Shown: piece by piece, positions 1 to 8,956 of the stretch | How positions within the stretch are numbered: position 1 is the stretch's first letter | Layout of the letters: every line of letters starts with the position of its first letter | Source: a candidate division FCPU426 bacterium | GTDB lineage: Bacteria; Oederibacteriota; Muellerivitia; Muellerivitales; Muellerivitaceae | DNA length: 64,000 nucleotides | Reading direction: 5' to 3' | Assembly (NCBI GenBank): GCA_963847625.1 | Contig: CAWKAR010000003.1 | Span: 32,001 to 96,000 of the forward strand | Position numbers and translations under genes: made by a program | The notes under the pieces: model-generated | Told to the model about the DNA's origin: nothing | Databases searched by the model: none | What the model saw: the letters and a program-made list of their open reading frames with translations, nothing else

Positions 1-45
1 CACTATGTTGGCCAATTGCTTATGGCAATTGGCACTACCAAGTCT

Positions 46-281
46 TGTCCCTCGCCTTATACCAACTGTCTTTCAGTTGGCATTACCGAACTTTGCCCTT
101 CACCTGGTGGGTGAAGGGCAGGTAAATAGGCTCAGGACAGGTTGTCGCGTATATACGACAACCTGTCCCTCGCCTTATACCAACTGTCTTTCAGTTGGCA
201 TTACCGAACTTTGCCCTTCACCTGGTGGGTGAAGGGCAGGTAAATAGGCTCAGGACAGGTTGTCGCGTATATACGACAACC
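46..281. repeat. 118-bp exact tandem duplication made of nested palindromic elements
   Basis: TGTCCCTCGCCTTATACC...ATATACGACAACC occurs at 46-163 and again at 164-281. Confidence 0.9.
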
Positions 282-605
282 TTCTTAGCGAGTTCGATGG
301 GGCTCACAACATGCATGAAAACCACATGAATGAATTATGAATTCTAAATTTTGAATTATGAATTGATTGCTTAAAGCAAACCTTTTTAGCCACGGATGCA
401 GGGGATACACTCAGATGGCAAAACCATGAATAAATTATGAATTCTAAATTTTGAATTATGAATGAACTGCTAAAGCAAAAAGCCAAGGCATTCATAAAAA
501 TACGCAAAATGAACAATGAAAAATGAAGAATGCTTCAAATCTCAAAACCCGCAAACGCGGCCCAATTGATTTGGGCATTCCTTCTTGCTGATATGAATGA
601 GCCAG

Positions 606-891
606 TCAACCTCTAAGGTTTTTCCTTTGTCTTTTCCGTATCAAGGTCCCAATGGGAACCCTGATTCCGAAAGCCCGGCTTGTTTCGACGATGAATCAAG
701 CTGATATTCGCGTGTTAATCCGGTTGCCCGGTTCAGGGACGCAAGATTTTCATCCGTCGGGAGCATCCTCATTCTAAAGTCGTGGGTCGTCTCAAGCTTG
801 CGCCATTGCGCCACATAGCAAGATCGAGGTTTCTCCGTATCGTTGCCGCGCTCTCGGAACCAAGATTCCCCTTTCATGGAACCCATGCCGC
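606..891 (-). ncRNA. Putative bridge/seek RNA region of the IS1111 element
   Basis: Non-coding segment downstream of the transposase with stem-flanked internal loops matching the target (TAGCAAGA 816-823, CTAAA 774-778) and the donor junction (CTGATAT 701-707). Confidence 0.7.
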
Positions 892-1992
892 CTAAACCGC
901 CTTGTATGTCTCTCGGGCGATAGCCCAAACAAACCCGGCCAACTCACGGGCTACCGCCATCACAGCAACCTGGCTCAGCTTCCCCTTGTTCACCAACCTC
1001 CAGAACTTGCGATGAAGCCGATCCTGGGCTTTCCGGGCCATTCGTTGTATTGTCTCCGGGCATTTGCGCCGTCTTTCCAACAGCGATTTTCCCGTGCCGC
1101 CATGCCGATAGCTCCAGGCGGCCTCCCCTAAAATCCGGCGGATATGGGCATTCCCAGTCTTGGTAATTCCGCCTCGCCAAATCCGTGGCCCTGTGCTGGA
1201 CTCACAAATCCCCAAGCCCGCATATCCCATGAAGTCACGCGCACTTTCAAATCTTCCAAATTCCTGAGCTTCCACCGCCAACGTCACCGCTCCCAAGGTG
1301 TCGATCCCTTTCAAGGCGCTTAGACATTCCACCATCCGCCGATAGGGCTTCTCCTGCGCCAAATCCATCACCTGTTGACTTAGTTTTTCCAGGTGGGTTT
1401 CCGTATCGTCCAAGGCCCTCAAATAAGCGTTGTGCGTCTCCTGGGCATAAACCAAATCAAAACGTTGGGCCCTCAGCCATCCCCGATGCGCCACTCCCCA
1501 AGCCTTGCTTTCCCGCCAAACGCGTCCCTGTCTCAACAGGAACTTTGACATCCGGTGCCGGGCCCTCAGTCGGTTCGCCATCACATCCTCCCTCACCCGC
1601 ACCAAGTCCCTCGCCGCCTCCTCTTCTACCCCCGGTATCCAAATCTCTGTCAACTCCCCGGCACGGTACAATTTGGCCAGCTTCACCGCGTCCCTTCGGT
1701 CTGTCTTCACCCGGTCTCCAGTCCGCACTGGCGTATGCCCGGGAGAAATCACCACGCACTTGAACCCTTTGGCGGACAACTTCCTTTGCAACTCGTACCC
1801 GCATGGCCCTGCTTCATATACAAACGTCAAGGGTCCACGGCTGCCAAGCCGGTCCATCATCCGTTCCACAGCTTTGGGCGTATTCTCGATCTTGAAGTTT
1901 TCCTTTATTTCATCCGCCCCTGTCGGCAGAACCGCCCCGACCACCGTATCCTTGTGTACATCCAGCCCGACCACTGTGATAAAATTTACCAT
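892..1992 (-). CDS. IS110 family transposase (DEDD recombinase)
   Basis: VVGLDVHKD N-terminus, YEAGPCG, KTDRRDA, SSTG...GGITKTGN, AVARELAGF motifs. Confidence 0.95.
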   Translation of the reverse strand: MVNFITVVGLDVHKDTVVGAVLPTGADEIKENFKIENTPKAVERMMDRLGSRGPLTFVYEAGPCGYELQRKLSAKGFKCVVISPGHTPVRTGDRVKTDRRDAVKLAKLYRAGELTEIWIPGVEEEAARDLVRVREDVMANRLRARHRMSKFLLRQGRVWRESKAWGVAHRGWLRAQRFDLVYAQETHNAYLRALDDTETHLEKLSQQVMDLAQEKPYRRMVECLSALKGIDTLGAVTLAVEAQEFGRFESARDFMGYAGLGICESSTGPRIWRGGITKTGNAHIRRILGEAAWSYRHGGTGKSLLERRRKCPETIQRMARKAQDRLHRKFWRLVNKGKLSQVAVMAVARELAGFVWAIARETYKAV

Positions 1993-2134
1993 GAGTCAGC
2001 ACCTCCGTATGCGGATAGGCTCCCAAAAGGAGCAACCCGCGTTTTTGGGGCGCTTTCAGCGACCCCGCTTATTCTACGCAGGTCGCTGGCTCATTCATGT
2101 TATCTAAACTAATTTAGGTATCAGGAGGTTAACC

Positions 2135-2365
2135 ATGGCCAAGGTTTTGAATCATATTGAACTTGAAGCCCTCAAACTACCAACCCGTTCCCGGGCGCAA
2201 CTAGCCGAGAAGCTCATCTACAGTCTTGAGAAAAACGGACATTTAATAAACGAGCAATTGTGGGCCAGGGAATCCCATAAACGGTATCTGGCGTTGGTAT
2301 CAGGTAAAGTCCGGGGAAAACCGGCGGCAAAGGTACTTCGGGATATCCGTTCCAAACTCAAATGA
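2135..2365 (+). CDS. Putative addiction-module antitoxin
   Basis: ALKLP..RAQLAEKLIYSL...W..E..R..GKV pattern; AGGAGG RBS; overlaps the toxin start. Confidence 0.8.
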   Translation: MAKVLNHIELEALKLPTRSRAQLAEKLIYSLEKNGHLINEQLWARESHKRYLALVSGKVRGKPAAKVLRDIRSKLK

Positions 2366-2658
2366 AAAAAATGGTCTTCCATCCCGACGCCGCCCGGGAG
2401 TTGGAACATTCCGCTTTATATTATGAGTCCCAGGGTAAGGGCCTCGGACAAAGGTTATTACGCCAATTCGAGCTTGGCCTAACCCAAATCCTCGAACGGC
2501 CGGATGCCTGGCCGCCATTGGTGTACTTGCCGATTCGCCGGTACCTTTTGCGTTTTTTCCCCTATGCCATCATCTATAAGAATGACCCGGAGATCCTTTA
2601 TATATTGGCCGTCATGCACCTTTCAAGAAAACCGGGTTATTGGATGAATCGGCTTTAA
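2362..2658 (+). CDS. RelE/ParE family toxin
   Basis: FHPDAAREL...YYE...GLG..., RRYLLRFFPYAIIY, ILAVMHLSRKPGYW. Confidence 0.9.
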   Translation: MKKMVFHPDAARELEHSALYYESQGKGLGQRLLRQFELGLTQILERPDAWPPLVYLPIRRYLLRFFPYAIIYKNDPEILYILAVMHLSRKPGYWMNRL

Positions 2659-2700
2659 TGTATTAACCTCTTACCTTTTTTTAAAGCCCCTCCCATAGGA

Positions 2701-2802
2701 ACCCGTGACCTGTTCCCCGCCCATCTTTACCTCCTATTCACCGGCGTCCAGATTGACCTTTATCCCGACGAACCTTTTCCCAACCGCGTTTGGCTGACCC
2801 GC
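2701..2802 (+). pseudogene. Relic of ydcF-like gene 3' region (fragment 1)
   Basis: Translates TRDLFPAHLYLLFTGVQIDLYPDEPFPNRVWLTR; ungapped 17/34 identity to PRALFLTRLSLLFTGAKVAPYPNEPTPNWFWMSR of ORF 26948-27568. Confidence 0.8.
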
Positions 2803-2819
2803 AGCATGCATGAAAACCG

Positions 2820-2900
2820 CATGCCAGCATTCCATAAAGCTTTTATTGGGGCTGGTATAGTACCAATTTCATTAATTGTTTTATGGTGAATTGGCACATG
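2820..2900. mobile_element. Hairpin-doublet micro-element
   Basis: CATG-CC[32-bp hairpin]GGTATAGTACC[32-bp hairpin]GGCA-CATG; a comparable empty context is at 312-335. Confidence 0.75.
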
Positions 2901-3199
2901 CATGAATTTTGAATTATGAATTTTGAATTGACTGCCCACACCAAACCCTTCTTAGCCACGGATGCAGGGGATACACTCAGATGGCAAAACCATGAATGAA
3001 TTATGAATTCTAAATTTTGAATTGACGGCTAAAGCGAACCCTTCTTGGCCACGGATGCAGGGGATACACTCAGATGGCAAAACCATGAATGAGCCTCTCG
3101 CACCTCAGCGAGTGGCAGTGCTTCGAGAGCCTCAGGGCAGAGTGGATTCGACTTCCTTTGGTCGCTCACCGCAGGCAATGAAAAAAAGAAACGGCGGCT

Positions 3200-3421
3200 T
3201 TAAAGCAATTTAATGAACCCTTCCACCTGCAAACCGGCTTGCCGGATGATCGCGCGGAGGGTGCCGCGGTCCAGTTCCCTATGATCCGGAACCGTCAATT
3301 GTGAGAAAGGTTCTTTTCGGCGGAGAATAATATGGGAAGAGTGCTGACGGATAAAAACGAAGCCTGCCTTGGAAAGAGCCTGTGCGCATTCTCTTCCCGA
3401 TAGACGGGGAAGTTTGCTCAT
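3200..3421 (-). CDS. hicA: HicA family toxin
   Basis: MSKLPRLSGRE...GF..IRQHSSHIIL...TVPDH.ELDRGTLRAIIRQAG. Confidence 0.9.
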   Translation of the reverse strand: MSKLPRLSGRECAQALSKAGFVFIRQHSSHIILRRKEPFSQLTVPDHRELDRGTLRAIIRQAGLQVEGFIKLL

Positions 3422-3624
3422 ATGGCCACTAAAACGGCCTCGAAATGTTCCTTGGGAACGGATAAATGGTCGTCTTTCAACGCGGTCACATAGCCATCAA
3501 TGGCGTCCTTGATATTTTGAATCGCTTTTTTCCGCGTCTTGCCTTGGCTGATACAGCCTGGAAGGCTGGGACATTCCGCCACCCAATAACCATCCTCACC
3601 TGGGTAAATAAAAACCTGTCTCAT
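3418..3624 (-). CDS. hicB: HicB family antitoxin (start probably ATG 3624)
   Basis: MRQVFIYPGEDGYWVAECPSLPGCISQGKT..A..NI.DAI..Y; overlaps hicA. Confidence 0.9.
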   Translation of the reverse strand: MRQVFIYPGEDGYWVAECPSLPGCISQGKTRKKAIQNIKDAIDGYVTALKDDHLSVPKEHFEAVLVAI

Positions 3625-3709
3625 GCTGAACCTCAATTAAGCTTTTAAAGAGTTCGGTATAGTACCGATTTCAATTAATTATTGTTTCATTAATGAAAAT
3701 CGGCACATG
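3622..3709. mobile_element. Hairpin-doublet micro-element inserted at the hicB start codon
   Basis: CATG at both 3622-3625 and 3706-3709; original SD AAAGGTG lies beyond the insert on the minus strand. Confidence 0.75.
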
Positions 3710-3810
3710 GCTTCACCTTTCCGGTTATTCGAAATCCAAAGCTATCGGTAATATTGTACAACTTAACATAAAGGGAACAAAGGATCAGTTTCCAAAAACG
3801 GAGGCGGTCT

Positions 3811-4085
3811 GTCCCCGCGCGGTTTTGGGCACAGCGTGATTTTTGGGTGCAATTCTCCAAGCTTTGGGGAAGCCTGGGACGGGTGCGCCGATTCTCATAT
3901 AAACCGTCAATGTTATCGGTGCTATACCGACCACTTTATATGATTAATAGAAGGTCGGCATTCGCCGATCATCCATAAATATGTATTGCGACTGGTGCTA
4001 TACCGAACTCTCATTGAAAGCCTAATGGAGGTTCGGTATGGCACTGCATTGGGTGGGCATTGATCATTAGCCGGAACATTCATAA
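3811..4085 (+). pseudogene. Relic of ydcF-like gene C-terminus (fragment 2) split by two tandem hairpin doublets (3886-4040)
   Basis: VPARFWAQRDFWVQFSKLWGSLGRV | ALHWVGIDH*PEHS* versus TPNWFWMSRDFWVEIFKFWGSLFRV GLHLVGIENWPVHS*. Confidence 0.85.
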
Positions 4086-4598
4086 AAAACATGAATGAAT
4101 TATGAATTGAAGAGCAAAAAAGGCCACGACATACATGAAAACCACACGAATGAATTATGAATTGACGGCAAAAACAGCGAAACTCTCCCCATACAGTTTA
4201 CATTCCTTTGGTCTCTCATTATGTTGTCGCCAATCGGCGACACCCTTCTTAGCCACGGATGCAGGGGATACACTCAGATGGCAAAACCATGAATAAATTA
4301 TGAATTTTGAATTATGAATTGACTGCCTAAGGTCATCACTCCTTATGGTTTTAATCCCTTTGGTCTCTCCGTAGGTTGTCGCGTATATACGACATTCTTC
4401 TTAGCGGATTCGATGGAGTCTGTAGTGAGGCTCTCGAACTACTTACCACAGGTTAGGGGTTTGGAGTTAGGGTTAGGTGTTTTCCACCTAATAACCAATC
4501 AAACGATACTTTAATAAAGGTTTATTTCAGAACGGTATTCGATAATCTTGGGGTAACTTGCTATAATCACTTGTGTATTCTCGATTTAAGGAACTTTC

Positions 4599-4883
4599 AT
4601 GAAAAACGATAGGTTTGTTTTTTCAAACGCTGTTTTTAAGGAAGATAACGGCTATTCTTCCTTGTGTTTGGACCTGGATGTCGCAAGCCAGGGGCGTACA
4701 ATCGACGAAGCCAAGAAAAACCTATTGGAAGCCATTGAGCTTTACTTGGAAACGGCCATTGAGAGTAACCTGCCTTACTTAAGGCCCGTACCTCCCAGCG
4801 AGGATCCACGCAAGACCAAGATGGACCATTGCGTCGGGATTTTTGACCTTAAAGTCGCTCTTTCCATAAAGGCTCATGCCTAA
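4599..4883 (+). CDS. hicB: HicB family antitoxin
   Basis: GYSSLCLDLDVASQGRTIDEAKKNLLEAIELYLE. Confidence 0.9.
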   Translation: MKNDRFVFSNAVFKEDNGYSSLCLDLDVASQGRTIDEAKKNLLEAIELYLETAIESNLPYLRPVPPSEDPRKTKMDHCVGIFDLKVALSIKAHA

Positions 4884-5085
4884 ACTACCGGTCCTACGCC
4901 CCCGGGAAGTTATCTCCAAGCTTGAACGTTTGGGATTTTCCGTTGTCCGCCAAAAAGGTAGCCATATTCAGATGAAAAATGGAAACCTTTTAGTGACGGT
5001 GCCGATGCACTCCGGGGTAATTCCTAAAGGGACTCTTAAATCCATTTTGCGTCAGGCAAAAATAGGTATTGAAGATATTTTGTGA
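4876..5085 (+). CDS. hicA: HicA family toxin
   Basis: MPKLPVL.PREVI..LE.LGF..VRQKGSH...VTVPMH...I.KGTLKSILRQA. Confidence 0.92.
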   Translation: MPKLPVLRPREVISKLERLGFSVVRQKGSHIQMKNGNLLVTVPMHSGVIPKGTLKSILRQAKIGIEDIL

Positions 5086-5150
5086 GTGAAGCCGTGTTTG
5101 TTTAAAGAGTTCACCAACTATACTACCGTCCCTTGCTTTATTTTCTTGTT

Positions 5151-5198
5151 TGTCCCTATCCAAACAATCCTGTTCCCAACCGCTATTGGATGACCCGC
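5151..5198 (+). pseudogene. Relic of ydcF-like gene (fragment 3)
   Basis: CPYPNNPVPNRYWMTR versus APYPNEPTPNWFWMSR. Confidence 0.7.
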
Positions 5199-5410
5199 AG
5201 CATGCATGAGATTCAAATGCATTTGAACCTTATGCATGAATTATGAATTTTAAATTTTGAATTATGAATTGAAAAGCAAAAAAGGCCACAACATGCATGA
5301 GAACCTCAGGCATGAATTATGAATTCTGAATTTTGAATTTTGAATTTTAAATCCCAAACATCCAGCTCACTATCATGCGGCTTTAATCCTTTTGGTCTCC
5401 CCCTATGTTG

Positions 5411-5477
5411 GCCAATTTCCATTTGAAATTGGCACTACCAAGTCTTGTCCCTCGCTTGGTAGGCTCTGGACAGGTTG
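5411..5477 (+). mobile_element. Two-hairpin micro-element with GTTG flanking duplication
   Basis: GTTG-GCCAATTTC..GAAATTGGC-ACTACCAAGTCT-TGTCC..GGACA-G-GTTG; the empty site GTTGTCGCGTATATACGACA is at 4375-4394. Confidence 0.75.
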
Positions 5478-5634
5478 TCGCGTATATACGACAAATGTTC
5501 GGTTTTTAGCATGCATGTCCTATTTCTGATTTATCCAATGCGTTGTTGGGTATTGAGCATAGTTCCTCCTAGGCATCCCAAAAACTTTGACATTTCCCTG
5601 GACTTCGTCAATATTTAACATATATTGTTAAATT

Positions 5635-6846
5635 ATGACAAACTATCATTCCCGTGAAATCGTCCCCCGGCTGCGGGAAGCCCTGGAGGACATGCCGGTC
5701 GTGGTGCTGACGGGTCCCCGCCAGGCCGGTAAAAGCACCCTCCTCCAACTCGACCCCGCCTTCTCGAAACGGCGTTACGCCACTTTCGACGATTACGCGA
5801 CCCTGGATGCCGCCCAACGGGACCCGGAAACCTTCCTGGAAGGGGGACCCCTCACTCTGGATGAGGTCCAGCGGTTTCCCGAAATCCTTTCGGCGGTCAA
5901 ACACTCCGTCGACCGGAACCGCCGTCCCGGGCATTTCCTCCTGAGCGGGTCGGCGAACCTCCGCCTCCTTAAAAACGTCACCGAAAGCCTCGCCGGCAGG
6001 GCGGTTTACCTCGATCTCCAGCCCTTTACCGCCCGCGAGGCGGAAGGCAGGACATCCCGCCCCCCGGTTTTGCGGGACCTGCTCCAGGGGATTCCCCCGG
6101 AAGGCAAAGCCCGCCCTTTCGATTTCGGAACCGTCCTCAAAGGCGGGATGCCGAGCGTCATCCTGGGCGAAGTGAAAAAACCCGAAATATGGTTCAAGGG
6201 ATACGTGCAAACCTATCTCGAGAGGGACTTGAGGGACCTGAGCCAGGTGGGCGACCTGGCTGGTTTCCGCCGGTTGATGAAGTTGGCTGCGCTGAGGACC
6301 GGCGGCATCCTAAGCCTTTCCGACCTGGCGCGGGACGCGAAGATGAACGTGATGACCCTCTCCCGGTACCTTTCCCTGCTGGAGACGTCCTTCCTGATCC
6401 GGCGCCTGCCGCCGTACCTGGGAAACCAGACCAGCCGCCTGGTGAAATCCCCAAAGCTCTACTTCACCGACTCCGGTTTGGCCGCCCATTTGACCGGCCT
6501 GGACCCCTCCCAGGAAGACCATCCCCTGAAAGGCGTCCTGCTCGAGAATTGGGTCGCCCAGAATTTGCTGGCGTTATCCGAGGCCTTATTTCCGGAATCC
6601 GGAGGTTTCTATTGGAACATCCAGGGCCGTTACGAGGTGGATTTTATCCTGGAATCTGGGAAAAGAACCCTCGCGGTGGAAGTCAAGTGGGGTTCCCGGC
6701 CCAAGGCGGAGGATTTGCGGGGTTTGGAAGCCTTCCTGAAGTCCCAGGAGGAGCCGGTTACCGGAGTCCTCGCGACCACGGGACGGGAAACACTCCCCCT
6801 GGGCAAAAATCTCTGGGCCGTTCCCATTAATCTTTTGCTCGCCTAA
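5635..6846 (+). CDS. AAA+ ATPase with C-terminal DUF4143/restriction-endonuclease-like domain
   Basis: Walker A GPRQAGKST, LDEVQR, LSGS, ESLAGR, KSPKLYFTDSGL, EVDFI...VEVK. Confidence 0.9.
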   Translation: MTNYHSREIVPRLREALEDMPVVVLTGPRQAGKSTLLQLDPAFSKRRYATFDDYATLDAAQRDPETFLEGGPLTLDEVQRFPEILSAVKHSVDRNRRPGHFLLSGSANLRLLKNVTESLAGRAVYLDLQPFTAREAEGRTSRPPVLRDLLQGIPPEGKARPFDFGTVLKGGMPSVILGEVKKPEIWFKGYVQTYLERDLRDLSQVGDLAGFRRLMKLAALRTGGILSLSDLARDAKMNVMTLSRYLSLLETSFLIRRLPPYLGNQTSRLVKSPKLYFTDSGLAAHLTGLDPSQEDHPLKGVLLENWVAQNLLALSEALFPESGGFYWNIQGRYEVDFILESGKRTLAVEVKWGSRPKAEDLRGLEAFLKSQEEPVTGVLATTGRETLPLGKNLWAVPINLLLA

Positions 6847-6880
6847 CACGAAAATAACCTAACTTACTTTCTTATTTATT

Positions 6881-6962
6881 CATCCCTGCCCCGGCGAACG
6901 GATTCGACTCACTTTGTTCGCTCACCGCAGGGCCTGTTCCCAACCGCTTTTGGATGACCCGC
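6881..6962 (+). pseudogene. Relic of ydcF-like gene (fragment 4) interrupted by a TTCGA-type element
   Basis: HPCPGE[~33-bp GGATTCGACTC...CTCACCGCAGG insert]PVPNRFWMTR. Confidence 0.7.
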
Positions 6963-6979
6963 AGCATGCATGAAGTTCA

Positions 6980-7060
6980 CATGCCGAACTTCCATAAAGA
7001 TTTCATAGAGTTCGGTATAGTACCAATTACATTATCTGTCTTATGGTGAATTGGCACATG
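6980..7060. mobile_element. Hairpin-doublet micro-element
   Basis: CATG-CCGAAC..GTTCGG-TATAGTA-CCAATT..AATTGG-CA-CATG. Confidence 0.75.
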
Positions 7061-7137
7061 CATGAATTCTGAATTTTAAATTTTGAATTATGAATTGACG
7101 GCTAACACCAAACCCTTCTTAGCCACGGATGCAGGGG

Positions 7138-7206
7138 TACCAATTTCTTGTTTAGAAATTGGCACACCCAAGGCTTGCTCCTCGGCTTGTAGCCTCGGAG
7201 CAGGGG
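7138..7206 (+). mobile_element. Two-hairpin micro-element inserted in the 46-bp repeat
   Basis: GCAGGGG|TACCAATTTC..GAAATTGGCACACCCAAGG..GCTCC..GGAGCAGGGG|AT; uninterrupted copies at 386, 2952, 3045 and 4249. Confidence 0.75.
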
Positions 7207-7430
7207 ATGCATGACATTCCAAAAAACCAGGAATGAATTATGAATTCTAAATTTTGAATTATGAATTTCGGATTGATTTCCGTATCCCGGAAATCCCCAA
7301 TCATTCAACATTTAAAATCAAGAATTTAGAATTGTTGCCATATATCAACACTGCCTTTTCAGAAAGCGTCCAATCCGTTCACCCATCCCGCGTATTGACT
7401 ATGTTGTAAATTAGGAGTATAGATATCAAT

Positions 7431-8582
7431 ATGCAACGTCTACTAAAACGCGCCAGGCTGATCCGGCGCATCGAAACCTGTCTGGACGCGGCCCCGGTCA
7501 CGGTATTACTGGGCGCAAGGCAGGTGGGAAAGACCACCTTGGCGGGGATGGTTGCCGCGAAGCGAAAGGCCGTGTCTTTTTTTGATTTGGAAACGATGGC
7601 TGACCGGCGGGCCCTCGCCACGCCGGAAATGACGCTGAAGGAATGCCGGGGATTGGTGGTTCTGGACGAGGTCCAAAGACTTCCGGATTTGTTCACGGTC
7701 TTGAGGCCCCTGGCCGACCGTCAGGGCCGTCCCGCGACCTTCCTTCTTTTAGGAAGCGCGTCCCCGGCCCTGGTGAAGGGGGTCTCCGAATCGCTGGCAG
7801 GAAGGGCTTTGTTCGTGGGCATACCCGGTTTTTCCATCGAGGAGGCCGGACCACGGCGCTTGAACGCCCTTTGGCTGAGGGGCGGTTATCCCAAAACCTT
7901 CCTGGAGGGCAAAGCCGCCGCCAGGGAACGCTGGGTGGAAAGCTTTCTGTCGTCGCTTTGGGAACGGGACATCCCCCAGCTTGGCTTGAGAGTGGCTGCG
8001 GCGGCCCTCCAGCGCTTCTGGCTGACGTTGGCGCATTACCATGCCCAGGTTTGGAACGCCTCCGAACTGTCCCGGGCGATGGACGTGACGCCAAAAACCG
8101 CCCAATATTACCTGGACATCCTCGAGGGCCTGTACGTTGTCCGGGTGCTGAAACCTTGGCACGAAAACATCAAGAAACGCCAGGTGAAATCCCCCAAGGT
8201 TTATTTCAGGGACAGCGGCCTTTTCCACCGGATGATCGGCGTCGATACACCCAGCCAATTGGCGTCCCATCCGAAGAGGGGCGCGTCTTGGGAGGGGTTT
8301 GCCCTGGAGCAGGCCTTGATTCAATGGGGGGAGAAGGACTCCTATTACTGGGCTACCCAGCGCGGGGCGGAACTGGACCTTTTGCTTGTCCGCAAGGGAC
8401 GCCGTTACGGGGTCGAATTCAAATGCTCCGACGCGCCGGAAATGACCCGGTCCATGCATATGGCACTGGGAGATTTGGGCCTTTCACGGCTTTACGTCGT
8501 CTACCCGGGTTCCCGGCGGTATCCGTTGCACCCTAAGGTAACGGCTCTACCGGCGGTAGACCTTCCCAAAACCTCGCTGTGA
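7431..8582 (+). CDS. AAA+ ATPase with DUF4143 domain
   Basis: GARQVGKTT, LDEVQR, LGSAS, ESLAGR, KSPKVYFRDSGL, ELDLL...VEFK. Confidence 0.9.
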   Translation: MQRLLKRARLIRRIETCLDAAPVTVLLGARQVGKTTLAGMVAAKRKAVSFFDLETMADRRALATPEMTLKECRGLVVLDEVQRLPDLFTVLRPLADRQGRPATFLLLGSASPALVKGVSESLAGRALFVGIPGFSIEEAGPRRLNALWLRGGYPKTFLEGKAAARERWVESFLSSLWERDIPQLGLRVAAAALQRFWLTLAHYHAQVWNASELSRAMDVTPKTAQYYLDILEGLYVVRVLKPWHENIKKRQVKSPKVYFRDSGLFHRMIGVDTPSQLASHPKRGASWEGFALEQALIQWGEKDSYYWATQRGAELDLLLVRKGRRYGVEFKCSDAPEMTRSMHMALGDLGLSRLYVVYPGSRRYPLHPKVTALPAVDLPKTSL

Positions 8583-8626
8583 AAAAACGTTCACTTGCAA
8601 ACATAGGGGTCTGATCACCTGCTCCG

Positions 8627-8706
8627 CATGCCGAACTTCCATAAAGCTTATAAAGAGTTCGGTATAGTACCAATTTCATTAACTGCTTTATGGTGAATTG
8701 GCACAG
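8627..8706. mobile_element. Hairpin-doublet micro-element
   Basis: Same architecture as 2820-2900 and 6980-7060. Confidence 0.72.
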
Positions 8707-8956
8707 CAGGTGCTAGTGTACATTTTACATTTTAAGGCTAAACGATGAAGGCTTCGACTCACTGCCACACGCTGCGGTGCGTGGGGCTCAGCCGATTGTC
8801 CTCACCGCAGGCAATGAAATATTTGAAGAACGGAATGAGGGGTTAGGAGTTAAGCCCGCAAATCATACCAAAAAGACAATTAGGAATGAGGTATTAGGAG
8901 TTGGAAGCTTAAAACAAAGAGCAAGAACACCAAATCTTTTTTAATCCAGTGTCTCC

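Larger units (their letters stand above)
590..2105 (-). mobile_element. Complete IS110-family (IS1111-type) insertion sequence
   Basis: Perfect 13-bp subterminal inverted repeats ATGAATGAGCCAG (593-605) / CTGGCTCATTCAT (2086-2098), set 3 and 7 nt in from the ends; CT core at 588-589 and 2104-2105; transposase ORF plus ~290-nt non-coding region downstream of it. Confidence 0.9.
386..4294 (+). repeat. Dispersed 46-bp repeat TTAGCCACGGATGCAGGGGATACACTCAGATGGCAAAACCATGAAT
   Basis: Copies at 386-431, 2952-2997, 3045-3090 and 4249-4294; interrupted copy from 7119; variants near 13184 and 23413 (reverse). Confidence 0.85.
327..7268 (+). repeat. Dispersed heptamer tandem tracts (WTGAATT)n
   Basis: ATGAATT/TTGAATT/CTAAATT runs near 327-365, 425-465, 2901-2930, 2991-3025, 4289-4322, 5236-5350, 7061-7097 and 7233-7268. 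Confidence 0.85.

Noticed and set aside
5..516. Short ORFs 5-232 and 304-516 (also 3022-3213, 7102-7311, 11462-11800, 13401-13586, 23687-23938)
   Set aside because: They are translations of palindromic and heptamer repeats, with no SD or recognisable domain.
641..928. 95-aa ORF downstream of the transposase
   Set aside because: Overlaps the IS non-coding end, which is better explained as structured RNA.
2824..2894. True chromosomal dif site or pdif modules
   Set aside because: Only the inner N6-TTATG geometry matches; outer arms covary as stems rather than conserving the XerD arm TTATGTTAAAT, and copies insert inside genes.
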